DNA of 64,000 nt from Trichosphaerium sp. ATCC 40318 (Eukaryota; Protista; Tubulinea). This document shows, one piece after another, positions 40,015 through 53,200 of the stretch. The position numbers and the translations under genes are program-made. Position 1 is the stretch's first letter. Each line of letters opens with the position of its first letter. The DNA is taken from positions 131,946 to 195,945 of the forward strand of contig JALMLS010000540.1 of assembly GCA_038496445.1 (NCBI GenBank). The letters run 5' to 3'. Below the pieces are notes generated by a model. It had not been told where the DNA came from, searched no databases, and saw nothing but the letters and a program-made list of their open reading frames with translations.

Positions 40015-40762
40015 TCAGACAAGGTACTGTCTACTCTTATCTCTTGAATTGTTATAAACTGGCGTTGCTCGTTTCCATACACTCTTGCTTTCATAAGCTA
40101 CTTCTCCATCTTCACACCAATATTTCATTGTATTTTTATGCAGTTGACTACATATGTAAAACCCATGCATTTTCAACTGGCCATTATCATGCCACTCCAT
40201 GACTTCTCCGGTAACTTTACCGTTAAGATAGTGCCTCTTACTCGATATCATACCATTATCATGCCACTCCATGACTTCTCCAGTAACTTTACCGTTAATA
40301 TAGTGTCTCTTAGTACGCATCCTACCATTTTCATGCCACTGTGTTTGCTCTACCTTAACATCATTTACGTAGTGCTCCTGGATTCTCAGTCTAAAGTTGT
40401 GCCACTCTTTATATTCTCCTTCTTTTTTACTTTTTACAAACTCTTGCTCTTGCTTAACAAAACAAAATCCGCGATGACGTGTCGTGTTTTTCCTCCCAAG
40501 CACTCCTATTTTCAGATGATGTCTACACCATTTGCCATGTTTGTTAAGTTCGTCATCAAATCTTGTTGTTGTTGCTGTGTACTTTGATAAAAGAGGCCAC
40601 AAGGTATACAATCGACCGTAAGAAAAATCAATGATATAAAGATGTAGCTCAACAGGAAGCCGCAATAAGTGACATGGCTCATACACCTCTAGCGAACTTT
40701 GCTAATGGAGTAAACAGTTTCAAGTTTTTTAATCCGTACGAAGTTACCTTGTTGTTTGACAT
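40015..40762 (-). CDS. F-box + ~5 MORN_2 (YwqK-type) repeats
   Basis: Exon 1 MSNNK, intron 40702-40747, then QSSLEVYEPCHLLRLPVELHLYIID...TRFDDELNKHGKW and the repeats. Confidence 0.8.
40181..40312 (-). repeat. Recent 72-nt (one MORN unit) tandem duplication
   Basis: ccattatcatgccactccatgacttctcc.gtaac...cgttaa.atagtg..tctta at 40181 and 40253. Confidence 0.85.
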
Positions 40763-41469
40763 TGTACGTTACTCTGAACTCAAGTCTCTTTACTGCTAGC
40801 GAGAGCTTGCTAAACAGACGCCAATCCTTCAAATGCGTCAACCAATGCAAAAGGAGACTGTATGGCAAGTAAAACTGTAGTTCCTTACAAGCCACGTGTT
40901 TCTTGATACAGTTTGAACGAAATGCACAAATACGAATGTTTGTTGACCAACAAGTGTGCTTTCTACTTTAATATGAATACGTGTTACGGTTCTGAGTAAG
41001 CCTGATACAAATTACTAAATCGGTTAACACCAGCCACAAACATTAAATATCTTTCGGTTTTACATAATAGCTTCATTAGCTATGACAGTTTCTGCTTCAA
41101 TATTTTTTTAGCTGGTTAGCCTATCCACCTCCACTATCACCAAAATAACTACGTTTTACCAGCCAGTACTTTTACGTATCCATAATAGTAAGGGTGTAAT
41201 CACCTGTGCACTGTCTTTCGATGGGTCATTGCGGTGTCATTGGAAAAAGTTGCCAAGACAAACAGATGGTTTTTCCTTTTTGGTTTGTTATCATGACAAC
41301 GAAGACCTCATTTATACAGGAAATCCTTATAAATTCTTCAAAATTGCGCTACTTAGAGGCTCAACAATAACAAAAGAATGAAAAGAAATGCAACAAAACA
41401 AAGAAGTGTTTGAAATTGTACAATTGTTATTTATTACTTATGTAATAAGGTTATTCTATAATACGAAGT

Positions 41470-43098
41470 TTATATCCATATAGCAAGTGTAGACATTGCT
41501 ATAAATCCCAAGAAAGCCACTAATCCATGTAGCAAAGCACTCCAAACACCACGTCTCATTTGAACGAAAATATCCGCCAAAAACATTTCAACAAGTCCAA
41601 TATAAATGAACGTCCCAGAAGCAAGCCCAAGAAGAATAGCTTCTGTTAACAACCTAGCTGGTCCATCCAATAAACTGAGCAAAGTGCCACCAATAATAAT
41701 ACCTACCAGTAATCAGAAAAAACAATTAAAGAAAACACAAAAAAATCCTCAGTTCGATACAACGATTAACCACGCCATGGTTCCGTTTATTAAGATATGA
41801 AAAATATGCAAACAAACATCCAAGGTTCAAAATACAACGAAAACCCGCAGTCATGTCTGTGTACAGCCACGGGAATATTTTATTGTTTCAAATCAAAAAA
41901 AAAAACTGTACCTGTAGGTGTGCTTATGGAGAATGCTGCACTCATAATTGCTCCCCAATGCTTACATTTAGATTAACCAAAATAAGAAAGATATTCTATT
42001 TACATACCCAAAATGGAACTTTAGAAGTTACAAGGCTCACACCAAGAGCATATCCAGCAAAACCCTTAACAAAACTTTAAGCAACAAAAAAAAAGTTATC
42101 GTGATTTACCTTGTGAGCCACTATGGCCCCGAAAATTCCCCAACTCTCCCCTGTTTCTTTTAATGATGCGCCTAGAGAGAATCCAGCCAATATAGAATGA
42201 ACTACAAGGGCCAACAACAACACAAAAGAGTGGCCAAGAAGCGGGTGTACTCGTCTTCGTTTTTCGGACCCTCCCAATACAGCGTCATACTGGACACTAG
42301 CATGTGATCGCAATAACCCATTAAGTTCATCAAGACCACCAAAAAAATCTACGAAAAAGGTTGTTTAGAGGAGCAAAGAAAAAGATAAAAAATGTAAAAA
42401 ACTAGGAACTTTCATCAACTTGTTCACGTGATACTATGTCGATTCAGGTTACTTACCAGCATGTTCATGAGGAGATAGCGCTTCAAGCGTAGCTACAATA
42501 ATAATACTACCACCAATACACGCCAACCACCTACAACGAAATGTCAGAAAACAAGACAACGTACCATGAAAAAAAAAGAAGTGAAAAAAAAGACTTGCCA
42601 AGGGTACGATGAGCATGGACCAACACAAAAATACACAGTATTGTTCTCAGAGTTAACCATAGGTACAAAATCATCACATGAAGGCTCTACAAAGAGTTTT
42701 CTTTAGGTCCTGAGACATGGGTGATTTATTTCTTTCGATTACCTGAAAAATGTGGCCCAGTACAGTTTGAGTATTCTATCCAGTTTGCTATTTGGGCAAA
42801 TATGAGGTGAGAAAACACGCTGAGTTTCAGAAAATAAGGTTAATAATTTTTTATCATCAGAAAAAACCGTACACAAGCTATCTCCTGCCATATGCACTGT
42901 ACCCGCGCTTATTAGAACGCCCGCCGAGAATTTAAATGTAAGAGATAGAAAGAACCATAACAGAGCCTTTGGATCGGTCATAGGACCGCGTTGCTTTATA
43001 ATAAATGGAATAATGGTACTAGCCATGCCAATCAGTAGCGTCAGTGCTGCATAGAGCATAATGTAGCCATAATCGTGGAGAAATGAACTTCCTGACAT
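41470..43098 (-). CDS. ZIP (SLC39, Zrt/Irt-like) zinc/iron transporter
   Basis: FSAGVLISAGTVHMAGD, ALVVHSILAGFSLG, GAIVAHK, GLASGTFIYIGLVEM, AMSTLAIWI*. Confidence 0.92.
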
Positions 43099-43217
43099 AA
43101 TTGCTGGCAAGAAAGCGTACTAGTTGATAAAAACGAACAACAGTGGCTATTGTTAAGCCAGACATTATGTCACTCAACATGTAAACAGTGTTTGATGTTG
43201 TTTTAAACGGCTGGTGA

Positions 43218-43241
43218 TCTTCCAGGGCAAACCCTGGAAGA
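43218..43241. promoter_or_regulatory. Perfect 10-bp inverted repeat in the ZIP / carboxypeptidase divergent spacer
   Basis: TCTTCCAGGG-CAAA-CCCTGGAAGA; function unknown. Confidence 0.45.
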
Positions 43242-43320
43242 ACAATGGTTTTGTGAATTAAACTTAAATTATTTTAGGCATCTCAGCTCAAATCAACGTG
43301 ACGAGACTACAAGCGGTGAT

Positions 43321-46300
43321 ATGACGAAATCGTTGCTACCATACGTTCTTGTAGCGTGTTTAGCGCTTGTAGCCATAGCCGAAACGACAAAAGGCGCAAG
43401 TACGAATGTCCAAAATTATTTTTTTGCTTATTAACACGTCATCAGGCCTCTATCGCGTAACAATACCATTTGGTGTTCCTTTGCCGCAATCTTCGGCAGA
43501 TTTTTCAATTATAAGCAAAGAAAAGCGAAGCATTGTTGTAGAGGCGTCAGAAGATGCCATTAAAAAAATTGAGCACCATTACGAGATAAAACGTGAAGTT
43601 GAACAACGCTGGAGCCCTACTCTAAAAGTAGGCTACGTAAGCAACGCTGCTATTGGGGATATACTCCTAGCGATAGAACAACAGCATTCAGAATTTGCTA
43701 AACGCTTCACTATTGGTAAAAGTAAAGCAGGCGTAGATATCTATGGTATTGAATTTAGCAACAACGTACGCTAGACAACAGTATAAAATTAGCTCCTTCA
43801 TCAACGTGTCATCGATGTGACGCAAGAAAATTTTTTTATTTTTCTGCTAATAAAGTTAAATCATTTTTCGTAGCCTGGTGTCCGCACAGAAGCTAAACCT
43901 GACTTTAAATATATTGGTAATATGCACGGTATGTATATGTACTTTTTGAGAGTATCCAAACGACGCTTGAAACGTTTTAAAAGGAGTTTTCACTAAAAAT
44001 AACCCGCGCTTTTTTGTTTTTGTATTTTTAATCTTAATTCTTTTTCTATTCAACAAAAACAGCTGAAATCTCAGAATATTATAAATCTGCGCCTTTGATA
44101 TTAATGTGTTATATTACTATAGGTGATGAAGTTGTTAGTAGAGAATTATTGATTAATTTCGCAAAGATGTTAGCCAACGAATACCATAACAATACAGAGG
44201 TCAAAGACCTCATCGACAATGTTCATGTGTTCGTCATACCAACAATGAACCCAGACGGTAAGTGATGAGCGTCTATATTTCAAACAATGCCTCCAGACAA
44301 AAAAGAATTGTTGTTATTTTAAAAGCTAAATCACGTGATAATCAAAGAATACAGCAATTGCTCATAAATATTAGGGTTCGATCTTCAGCAAAGAGCAAAT
44401 TCAGAAGGTGTTGACTTGAACAGAGGGTTCCCTGATCAATACACGTACATTAACTTTAAGAGCGTTATTTGTGTTTTTGGTGCTTAGTTCATTTTAGTGA
44501 TCCTCGCTGGTCTTCATCTGGACGTGCACATGAAGTAAAGCTCGTTATGGATTATTTACAATCTGAAGACTTTAAATGGACGCTATCAGCAAATCTACAT
44601 GGTGGCGATCTAGTTGTTAATTACCCTTACGACAGTAAGTCTTTATTGACTTTGTTGGGTTTTTTTTGTTGTAGGAGTATTAACACTCTACCAAAAAGGT
44701 AACACCCGCTCTACAAGTGTGTATTCTGCTACTCCTGATGATGCCATATTCATAAAAGTATCTAAAGCTTACGCTCACTTGAATCCTGCCATGATGAGTA
44801 ATAGATATTTCCGTGATGGTATGAATTATTTTCTTTGCTTTGCTAAGTATTGAACTTTTTGTTTGTAACAGGTATTACCAATGGAGCTGATTGGTATGCT
44901 TTGAATGGTGGTATGCAAGATTGGAACTACTTGTTCCTTGATTGTATGGAAACAACGATAGAAGTAAGTGGTTTTATTTGTTTTTATGTTAACAGTGAAA
45001 CGAAATCGTATTTTTGGATATTAATTATAATGATTTAGGTATCCAAGATTTCTAAGTGGCCACCTGCAAGTGAGCTGCCAGGATATTGGTACACAAACAC
45101 TATCATATTTATATTTATATTTTTACCTACTTCAGTGCTTTTCTCTTTGTTCTCGTGGAGAACCACTTTTAAATTGTAAACAAAAAATTTTACATTATGG
45201 TTTTTTTTTTTCGAATCACAATTGCTGAATCGGCTGGAACATTATTGTGAAATGGTCACTGTATTGAAGTCGTATATAGTTATTAGGCAACATTGCAAAC
45301 ACTTTTTCCAGAATTGTTGGCGTTTGTTTGCATTCACTAATTTTTTTAATGTAGGGATGATAACAAAGCTGCTTTGTTGAACTACGCAAGACAAGTTCAA
45401 AACTCTGGCATAAGAGGTTTTGTCCTTGATAAAGATGGTAATTCCATCAATACTCAAGGTGGATACGTTGAGTTACAAGGAAATACACATCACACAAAAA
45501 TATATTCTGTACATAACAACTAAAAAAAGTACTTAGACCTCTTTCTAACTTCTCTTCTAGTCTGGCATGTTCATACGACTTATGGTCCCTGGTGTACATA
45601 CACTCACAGTCAAGAATATCACCGGTTTTACTCCACAAACGATCGAAGTAACAGTAGTTGACAATACTCCTACAGTTGTTAACTTCACGCTTGAAGGTAC
45701 GGCAATATTTTTTTTCTCTGAAAAACTTTTTGTTGTGGAAAAATATCTAAGGGCTTCTGACAGAGGAACAAGTACCTTCTGAACCTGTACCTTCTATAGT
45801 ACCTACTAGTTTACCTACATCGACTCCTACTAGTACGCCTACATCGACACCAACTACCAAAACACCAACGGCAATACCAACAGCAATGCCAACGGCAACG
45901 CCTACAGCAATGCCCACAGCAGCGCCAACAGCAATGCCCACAGCAATGCCAACGGCAACGCCTACAGCAACGCCTACAGCAATGCCCACAGCAATGCCAA
46001 CGGCACCGCCTACAGCGCAACCTAGTAGCAGCCCAGTGTCGCTCACTGATGCTCCTACTGCGCCGACGGCTGCGCCAACGTCTGAGCCGCAAATCGTCCC
46101 TACTACCATAACTCCATCTCATAGTAGCATAGTACCTGTTAGTAGTGCGCCTGTTGGTTCTCCTGTTGGTTCTCCTGTCAGTACGCCCAAAAAGAAACAC
46201 GAACGACTATTTTTGTTGCCTTCCTTTTTTTTACTTTGTTTCTCATATTGTTGTTCTTTTATAGCGTCATCGAACCTTCCTCCTTTGAGTAGTGATTCTT

Positions 46301-46496
46301 TTGAAGAGCCTCATGCTGTTGTTTATGCATTACTTGCGGTTGGAATACTTGTTGTTGTTGGCAAGTGCAAAAATTAGAAAAAAAAAAAAAAGATAGAGAA
46401 ATGGTTTTTGTTGATTTTCTTTTTGTTGTTGTAGGCGTTATTCTTGTATGTGTTTTGATGCGATTCATACCACATCGACAGCCTTCATACAACTAG
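43321..46496 (+). CDS. Membrane-anchored M14B metallocarboxypeptidase (carboxypeptidase D/E-like) with regulatory beta domain, PT stalk and TM
   Basis: Signal peptide; KYIGNMHG|[68 protein letters not shown]|VS; C-terminal TM. Confidence 0.92.
45800..46085 (+). repeat. 12-nt PT(A/S)(M/T) tetrapeptide repeats (mucin-like stalk)
   Basis: [26 protein letters not shown]... Confidence 0.9.
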
Positions 46497-47288
46497 TGGA
46501 TAATAATAATAAAAATCATCATAATGACGATCAAGAAGATAAAATAATAAACGTCATCATACAAATCATGATCTTGTCTGATTCAACAAATAAAAAGAAA
46601 TTGTGTATAAGTTTTGTACATACCAGAATTAGTCCTTTGTCCCTTGTCTCTTCTCGCTTTAGTAGCTACTATATCAAGGGTTGATGATTTAATACTTTTA
46701 AATGCCTATTTCATCAATGAGCGTAAGAAAACACCTTAGTTGTACAACTTAGTTCCTTCTTGTATCTATGAGTTTATTATTGCGCAATGGTTGCAGTACA
46801 GGCAACTGGTACACGTAATATTACTAACGTAAATACTTCATACTACATTGTAATGACTGACAGATAGGTAGAGGTCTTGTGAGCATACTCTATTTTACAA
46901 TAAGTATTATTGTGTTAAAGTAGTTGGTAGTCTATGTCTACTACAACGCTTGCAAAAACTGCCAAGAAAAGGAAGCATTGTAGTTTTGTTCCACTGTTTG
47001 TTCATTCTTACTTTTATTCCTCACATGCACCAGCGGTATAGTAGCGAACAGCGGATGACCTGTAAAATCACATATCACGTGATCACCTTCTCGTGTGTGA
47101 TAGAGAAGAATTACTTCAAATAAACTGAATCGAGAAAAAAGGAGCTCTAAACGTCATGCGATGAATCTGGTTGTAGTTTCTTCAAATAATGGTAATAATC
47201 TGAAAATACTACGGCTCAAGAAAAGCCAAATTCATTTCACAGAACGTAGTCTTGCCTCTTTATTTCTTACTCACATAAAACACAACAC

Positions 47289-48093
47289 ATGGCAAAGCAC
47301 GTTAAATGTATAGAAGCAGACGCATTCATAAGCATTGTACTACTAGGAGAGACCGGCGCAGGTTCGTTGCTCTTTTCTATCAAAACTGGTTAATATTACT
47401 AAAGGTAAAACAACGTTGGCGTCTCTTGACTGTTCCAAAGCACATGAACACGAAGTAGTCGATGTAAGCGAATTAGACGTATTAGCAGTATTAGATGATG
47501 AAAAGGAACTCATACGCGAAGCCTCAGGGATTGCTCTTGTATACGTACGAAATAAGCCTAAAAAACCAAAAAGCAAAAAAACGTTTAAGTATTTTCACGT
47601 GCCATTTTCTTTTTTCTTCAAAGTTTCACGTGACTAAGATATGCTACTGTAGGATATAACAAGTACTGCATCATTCTCAGCGATACCTATGTACAACACT
47701 ATTTTAAAGAGGTTGGGTATAACAAGGCCTGTTTTTCTTATTGGGAACAAGAGCGACTTGATTCTGAAGAGACAAGTTCCTTTAGAAACTGGCAAAGAAT
47801 ATGCTAATAGAAATAATATGAAGTTCTACGAAACATCTGCCTCTGATACAAAGTTTAAACCTTGCTTGACATCTATGATGAAGAAGGTATCCTCTGCACA
47901 TAAAAAAGCACAAAGGAAGCCATCAGGGAAAGATAAAAGGTCAATGCTTACAAAAGCAAAACGAAAGTTGAGGTACGAAATAAACAAAGGGTTTTCTGGA
48001 TTTGTTGGATTGTTACTTATGTAAACTAGTTTGACAAGACGTAAAAAAGCTTCTATAACACCTACAAGGTCTTTGCGTCGTTCATCTGTGTAA
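47289..48093 (+). CDS. Divergent Ras-superfamily small GTPase lacking switch I/G3, with polybasic tail
   Basis: SIVLLGETGA|GKTT (G1), IALVY|DITS, LIGNKSDL (G4), FYETSA (G5); no DxxG; ends SLRRSSV*. Confidence 0.75.
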
Positions 48094-48312
48094 ATAAACA
48101 AAGAAAAAAAAAAGAAAAGATAAACTAATAAAAAACTAAAACTTGTAACCAACAGCTTGCTTGATTTTCTCAGTACTCAGCTTCACAAATTATCATCACA
48201 ACATTCCAAGTGATACAAGTCAAAATCGTTAACACCTACTGTTCTGAAAGGAACAAACCGTGTAACGTGCATCTACACAATTAATTCTAAAAATAATTTA
48301 TTGCATAACAAA

Positions 48313-49208
48313 TTAAACAGTCTCGAAAATCCATTGTTGGTTTCCGTTTGTGTTACTTGAACTCCACAAGTACACGTTTTGTCCATTAGCTCCACCACCA
48401 TCTCCATCGATAGAGTATGCAGGGGCATTTCTCTTTTCAAGTCTATATTTACCACCGCCAAGAGACACCTTGGACACAAAAAAATTAGATTGAAAGGCCA
48501 AAAAAAAAACTATTGTACCTTCCTCCAGTGTTGGTTTTGGTTGCTTGTTCCACAAGCCCACAACTTTAGATTCTGTCCATTACCCCCACCGTTACCTCCG
48601 TCCAAGCAATGGTTAGTATTCTTCTTCCTGAGGGCGATAAAACCACCAGATATTGAGATCTCTTCAAATTGTTGGTTTACGTTTGAAGCTCCGTATTGCC
48701 AAAGATAGATATTTTGGTCGTTTGCTGCGCCACTGTCTCCGTCAAGAGCAAATCCGTTAGAGTTACCTTTGCGAAGAATAAAGGTGTTGCTGCCGCCGTT
48801 GAATATTGGTCGCCCTTGAAGCCAAGTAGTGTCCCACGTGACACCAATGTTATTACATCCGCTTGGTCCCAGATCGGTTCTTCCAGGACAACCTGTTTCA
48901 TCAGCAGCAGTGTTTGCTGGTCCATTTCCACATTGAATGTCATTGTAAGGTGGGTCGGTACCATCTCTGAATGCTGCGTAGTTTGGGTGCTGCTCGAGTT
49001 CTTCACAGATTGTTCTGATGTTTCTTCTTACGCCGTTAATGACATACCAAACTTTTGTAATGTCATCTAGGTCGTGATCGAAGCTAGAACGGCACCAGCA
49101 TCTACCGCCGCGAGAATAGCTGTCAGTCCAAGATGGGTGCCTTGGGTTCCATTGTGCAGTAGTTACGGCAATAAAACAAGCTAGCGCAATCAGAATAAGT
49201 AAGTTCAT
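48313..49208 (-). CDS. Secreted Cys-rich domain + ricin-B (QxW) lectin domain protein of bacterial type
   Basis: Signal peptide; WTDSYS..CWCRSSFDH..YNDIQCGNGPAN..DE..CPGR; three QxW subrepeats (NVNQQF, NQNQHW, NGNQQW); single intron at ~48467-48518. Confidence 0.8.
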
Positions 49209-50289
49209 GAGTTGCGTCTGTTGTGTTGTGTTTTGTATAATGAGTCCTTTTTTGGTAAAATAACGTGTTCACGTGATTTTTTTCCGCATAAATTGTGATT
49301 CGATAGACCAACTACGCCGATGTAACGGTCCTGGCAATGAAAGGTTCGGCTGTATCGGGTACTAATTACCCGTTATTTAATACGCGTTTGCCATGTCACG
49401 ACATACTGAGAGAGCGAGCAGTAAACTTTCTTCTCTACAGGTTTTATGCTTTAGCACAGAGACAAGATAAAATAAAGCGATACGTGGCAAGCGAGGCGCG
49501 TACTATCAATTTCTCCGGCAATAGTCCACTCTTTAGATAACGTCTGTCAGACCAACTATGGACGGATGATGTTGTTCTAAAGAGAAACTGTTACTAGCGC
49601 GTTACTTTACAAGATACTTCCGCTAGTGCGCTAGCTACGAATTCAATATGAGAAATGTTTTCCCTGTAATACGTAAGGGTAATCACAGTTTAACCAAATT
49701 TGAAGTGCCTTTTTTTTCATCGTTAAAAAGTAGTGAGAACATTCTTACGAGATATCTCCAAAACTCGTTCTTATATCAATGGTTTAAAGTTCATAAACAT
49801 AGCGCAATGCGCCAACCACGACTACAATCCAGACAAACGACATGTTGAAAACAAATAAGGAACTTCTCTAATAACCGTTCCACTTTGTAAATAGGCCCAC
49901 AAGTGGATGTTTAAATACGTATTTTTGTTATTGATACACCAACTCGTACATTATTGATAGTTAGTTGAGACGCATACGTAGTTGTAGTAGATACATTGCG
50001 AACAGCGACATGTGTCACTTCCACAGTTTGTAAATTCGCGTTATTAGCTTCAACCTTCATCCCCAGTCTAATCACGTGCGTTGAGTCTGTACCGTTAAAT
50101 TAAAGGCAGGGTTGTACATGAAGTTCACAAGTTTACTACACCTAAACTTGCTACGAGAAAAGTTTTCTGGCTGACAACGTTAATATAAAATTGAGGATAT
50201 TTTATTCGGGGTGTAGACTTGTTAAATAGTTGACTACTGCTCTACTAAGAAAAAGAATAAAAATTTTGGGTTTAGGAACTTCTGATAAT

Positions 50290-53200
50290 TCAGAAGTTGA
50301 ACCTTCTGTTGATGTTATGATGAAGAAAGGTTCCGCTGTTGGATGCTATCTCTCTTATTTTTTCCCTGTTTTCTGAGAAGTCAGTCTTATATTCGTATTG
50401 CGTGACATCAACACAACCAGAATCAACAACTTTTTTCAACTCTTCTGGCATGAACTTATCCATATCTAAGCTTGCATCGCCAGCATGTCTTATGAGATAA
50501 AGTAAACATTGTTTTCTCAATTGAGGAACATGTAATCGATCACAGAGCTCAAAAAGACCTAAGAAAAAAAGAAGAAAAAAATTAATCAAAGCACTGGAGT
50601 CCAATTAAAAGATTCTTACCTGCAGCATTATCATGGTCTATAAACTTAGATATTTCTTCTTCAGCCATTTGTTGTAACCTTTGTGTGCAATGAGCAATGA
50701 GAAGAAAATTAAACGGGGAAAATTAGTTGCTCTTTTTCGCTCACCTGACCAGTTGAAGCTGATTTGCAGCTTGAAGTAAATCAACTGTATTCTCACTTGT
50801 AAATTCAATATCAAAACCACTATTGATATATTAACGTATGATAGGATATACATAAGCAACGTACTACATGAACTTCAAGATGTGTCCAAAGATACCATAA
50901 GAAATGTCTGGTACAAAAAATTCTCTTTTTTCACTGTCAGAGTACTTTCCAGAAAACATTGTGCTGTAGATCTCTGATGACATATAAAGCACAATAAGAT
51001 GTGCCTTATATTTTTCTGTTATATTTGGAAACGTGAAAGTCACATCTTTTGTTGATTCATCCAGGTACATGGCGTGAAGCGTTTTATGAATTAAAAGTTC
51101 TGGTGAAAGCCAAAAATTTGTTGCTTCTTCATGTTTCACGTATGCATCTTTTATATCTCGCAACACTCCAGCTGTAGTTTTTAGACTAAATAGATGATGA
51201 GATGGAGCTTATACAATATCAAGAACCTAAATACTGAGTACACTTACGTCAGGTTGATGTTGTTTCGCTTTGCCATGATTTCATTGTTTTGAAGAGGAAT
51301 ATCAGCCATGCTTTTAGGGATAACCTCTACGACCAAATTAAAAGTAAAGTAACGAGGCGAACTGAAATACTTTCATCTCGTTTTTGTCTCTATAATTACG
51401 TACTGGATAACAGTGTTGAAAAGTCTTCGAGTATTGACACATCATTGGATTTCACAATTTCTATTTTTTTCGATAAATGTAAGTCATGTGAGATGTGCGT
51501 AATTGTTGATAAGTTGGCACATGCCAGTTGCCAAAAGATAAATAGTATTCAATTATTACCTCCGTACAAGAACGTCAATACAGCACTCATCTGATCGACA
51601 TCAATCTCTTCATTTTGAATAAGATTTGACATTTTAGTTTCAAGTCCTGGTTCAATTGACTTCAAGTATGCCTAAGATAGTCAGCCGCAAGTTCTTTTTC
51701 TAATTTTGTGGTGCACGACATACAGAATGAACGCGAAATGTCGTACTTCCAAGATCAAAGGTTTTGTCAGAAAATACTTGTAAATTAAATAGTTTCTTAA
51801 ATCTTTCTGAATACATTGGCTTGTCAACGACTACTGGCACTATACAACAAGAAACATTACATACCATTCAAAAATACCCAACATACCTTTGACAACCTCT
51901 AGCGCTTGTTTGATATACTTGAAAGCTACACATACATCAGAATACTGAGAAGACCAAATACTGTCTAATCGTACTTGAAGACATGATGTAGTCCGGAGGG
52001 AAAACCCAAGGATTATTAGCAACAGCGAACTCTGAGAGTTCTGTCAACTTCAGTAGAGTCAAAGGTACGTATGAAATCTTATTACTGGTGATGTAGAGTT
52101 TTCTTAGCCCTGTAAGAGATGATATTTTGGAAGGAAGCGATGTTATCAAATTATGTGAAACGTTGAGGTTTTTCAAAGTTGTCAGCGCTTCAACACCTTC
52201 CTAGAGAAACTATTTACTCTGTTGAATATAGGGAGACTCGGAGGTGGTACTATAGAGTCTATTGCGTTGCCTGAAATGTCTAAGAGGGCCAAACCAGGAA
52301 GTTTCTTTACAAACACGTTAAGAATCATCAAAATAGTGGTATTTACCTTGATTTCGGCGAAATTGGCGCTCTTGATGCCTATGTTGCGTATTTTTAATGT
52401 TGTCAAATTGGCATATTGGAATATATTGTCCTTTGGCGCTGGTAGAGGCTCTTGTAGTCGTTCAGGAGCATTACAAGCGCATGTAGCAGTTTTATGGTAT
52501 GCTACGGTGCTGATTGTCATAGGATAGTATTCTATTACGGGCACCTACGATAATACCGCGTTATAAGGATTTCTACGTTAAAAAACCAACTTCGTACTTC
52601 TCCACAAGAAGGACCATAACATGGGTCATCATCAGTATGGTAATGCACCACAGACATCGTTGTGCCGTTGATAAGCCCTTCAGCAACTCTTTACAATTAC
52701 GTGAAACGCTAATAGGACGAATTTTTCCGAAAGATGAGATCAACTTGAGAATTCTTATTGCAGTGTCATAAACTTGCTTATCAACGAACATCAGTGAAAT
52801 TTTTATACGTCAAGGTAACGCTGAAGATAATCTCTTTGAACCTATTAACCACTCTGCCAATAAAATAGTTGACTTTTTTGATCCACAAGGCAGAAAAATT
52901 TTATCTAAAGTCAGTGCTTCACCAAGCCAAGAATGAGCTTAGGTTTCGCTATTTTTGTTTCTCCGCTTCAAAGAGCTTATTTCAAGGTGAATTGTAGGGC
53001 GTCAAGAGGCGCATTTCGTTTAGAAAAACGTGTTGGAAGTAGATCTGGTTTTACTGCTCTAAATATTTTTTTTGAGCGTCTCAGACAAGGAACGAACATC
53101 AAAACCTCAAAGTACTGATGCAGGTTTTCAAAAATAACTGCAGTGCTCTAAAATTGGCTGGGTGATGAATCAACAATGCGTAGATACCACTCCAGACACA

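Noticed and set aside
40660-40690. Frameshifted start (ATG AGC CAT GTC ACT) making the third F-box-MORN gene a pseudogene
   Set aside because: A 5-codon first exon and intron 40702-40747 give an intact frame, mirroring the paralogue at 38884
43176-43200. Iron-responsive element (CAGTGT loop) near the ZIP transporter
   Set aside because: No bulged C, an A-G mismatch in the upper stem, and the loop is on the strand opposite the ZIP mRNA
33521-46085. CRISPR-like arrays among the repeats
   Set aside because: All repeats are in-frame coding tandem units with no unique spacers and no cas genes
49770-50140. Possible small Cys-rich spliced gene on the minus strand
   Set aside because: Could not build a consistent start-to-stop exon chain or recognise any homology
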